A stretch of 64,000 nt of DNA from the NCBI GenBank assembly GCA_008632985.1, contig QPGO01000195.1, positions 62,001 to 126,000 on the forward strand. The letters run 5' to 3'. Positions 62,371 to 64,000 of this stretch are shown one piece after another (position 1 is the stretch's first letter; each line of letters opens with the position of its first letter). The translations under genes were made by a program, and so were the position numbers. This DNA is from Psammoneis japonica (lineage: Eukaryota). Under the pieces are notes generated by a model. The model did not search any database, had not been told where the DNA came from, and was given only the letters and a program-made list of their open reading frames with translations.

Positions 62371-62827
62371 CACACTGCGACGTGCAATCTACGTTGACAC
62401 CCTGCATGTGCTTGCCATGTGTGCATTTCAGTGCTGTGTCTGCGGCAACAGCCTGCGCTTGCTCTCTTCGCTGAACATGAAATGTCAACCACCCAGCAGC
62501 ACACAATCAACGCCGACTGCAGCAGCATCTCTCTCTGTCAACACCGGCCCCATCCTTTGTTTCCATTGGCAATGTCTCCATCTCCATCAAATTTGGCACC
62601 AATTGCAAGCACAATGCACTTTGCTGCCTTTGTGCAAGTGCAGCCATGTCTGTGTTGTTGATCAGCCAAATCCTGCTGCAAAATTGTCACTCTTGTTTTT
62701 GACAGAAACAGGCACAAGTGCTCACTTGAATTTTGGAATTTCCTGTTCAACAGGAATCCTGCAGCCATTGAAGAAGCAGAGTCACCCGCGCATGCACGAA
62801 ACACACAAATTTGTTCTGTCCCAGACA

Positions 62828-63315
62828 CAAGTCTCTGCCCGCACAACGTGGCACAAACCCGCTCTGTTTGTTGTCGTGCATCGTTGCAACTGCCTTGAAG
62901 GTTGTGGCTGCCCTTCCTCAACTGGTGCTCAGGCTGTGCATCCTTCTTGGAGTGCAATCATTGTGATTGACAGGAGAGCTGGGTGCTGTGTCTGTTGGCA
63001 ACCCATCCAGAGAAATTGTTCTCCGTCGCGGATGCAAGTTGCTGCCTTGCAAGTTCCATCCCGGATGCAAGTCTCTGTCCACACGACGCGGCACAACACT
63101 GCTCTGATTGTTGTTGTGCATTGTTCACAACTGCCTTGAAGGTTGTGGCTGCCCTTCCTTTGCTGGTGCTCAGGCTGTGCATCCTTCTTGGAGTTCAATC
63201 ATTGTGATTGACAGGAGAGCTGGGCACTGTGTCATTGTGATTGACAGGAGAGCTGGGCACTGTGTCTGTTGGTGACCTGTCCAGAGACATTGTTCTCCGT
63301 CACGGATGCAAGTTG
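62828..63315. repeat. ~240-bp tandem duplication
   Basis: CAAGTCTCTG...AACTGCCTTGAAGGTTGTGGCTGCCCTTCCT...CATCCTTCTTGGAGT at ~62828 and ~63068. Confidence 0.85.
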
Positions 63316-64000
63316 CAGTGTGTGTGCAGGCAGCTTGGACTGCTTCATCATCAATCATGTCGGAGGGGAACAAGTCTGTCATGAACATGCAGCAACTGTT
63401 GACCACTGTTGAACAAGTTGCTGCGGGGAGGGAAAATGATGATCCCACCCCTGCTGGAATCAAGCACTTTGTTGAGAGTGACAAGGCACACTTTGCAAGG
63501 AGGGGCACAACCATTCACCCTTGGCATTGTTCTGCATTGACTGGGGTGTCAAAAGGTCTCCAGGCTCCAGTGTCTTCTTGTTTGACATCGTGCACCACAG
63601 CAACAAATGTGCAAACAACCTGGAAGACAAAGCGTGGTTTCAAGAGGCCATGACAGATTTCTTTCTTGGCGCTTTCAACGATGACAACTGTTCAGCCATC
63701 CGGCAGCATGTCCAGCACAAACACACACACATGCCAATTGTTTGTGAGCAAAAATCAGCAAAGGAACACGACTGCGACATGTCCAATGGTGTGGTGGCTG
63801 TGCTCCTCTGCCGTTGCTTTCACAACGTTGGAGTTGCGGTTGACTTTGTGCACAAAATCAACCATCCGCGAGAGGATGTCATTGCCAAAAAGTGCAGTGT
63901 GTTTGTCCATTTTTGTTTGGTTTTGCCCAGTCCCTTTGCTTTCATGCAGGCAACAAGTGGGATGCACTGCTTCATTGCCAGGAGAATCTCGTCAAATGCT

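Larger units (their letters stand above)
53460..64000. mobile_element. Degenerate transposon/repeat block, strongly TpA-depleted (runs off window end)
   Basis: TpA almost absent after 53452; tandem repeats, MITE and long Tyr-free ORFs. Confidence 0.75.

Overview
Eukaryotic nuclear DNA, most likely a diatom. This rests on short GT-AG introns, bipartite signal+'AF/SF' plastid-targeting peptides, two HSF-type factors, a probable PsaR and a diatom-type APE LINE. Ordinary gene-dense stretches carry a histidine phosphatase, a full-size ABCG/PDR transporter, UTP21, syntaxin-5, p23, a P450, a CP12-like protein, HSFs, a PLP enzyme, a GlpA-like oxidoreductase, and SnoaL and GXWXG proteins. These alternate with three transposon-associated blocks (~8.2-13.6 kb, ~22.9-31.95 kb, ~53.45-64 kb). 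The most striking signal is that these blocks have almost lost the dinucleotide TpA, which appears converted to TpG or CpA on both strands. Motif tyrosines read Cys/His, Leu(CTA/TTA) reads Pro/Ser, Val(GTA) reads Ala, and TAA/TAG stops vanish, which explains the forest of spurious Cys/His-rich ORFs. The process keeps CpG in the TSD-bounded LINE, spills into neighbouring host genes, and spares mainly Y-TA-R contexts. This points to a repeat-directed, DNA-level A:T->G:C hypermutation system, the mirror image of fungal RIP. No responsible enzyme is visible in the window. All dinucleotide counts are manual and approximate.
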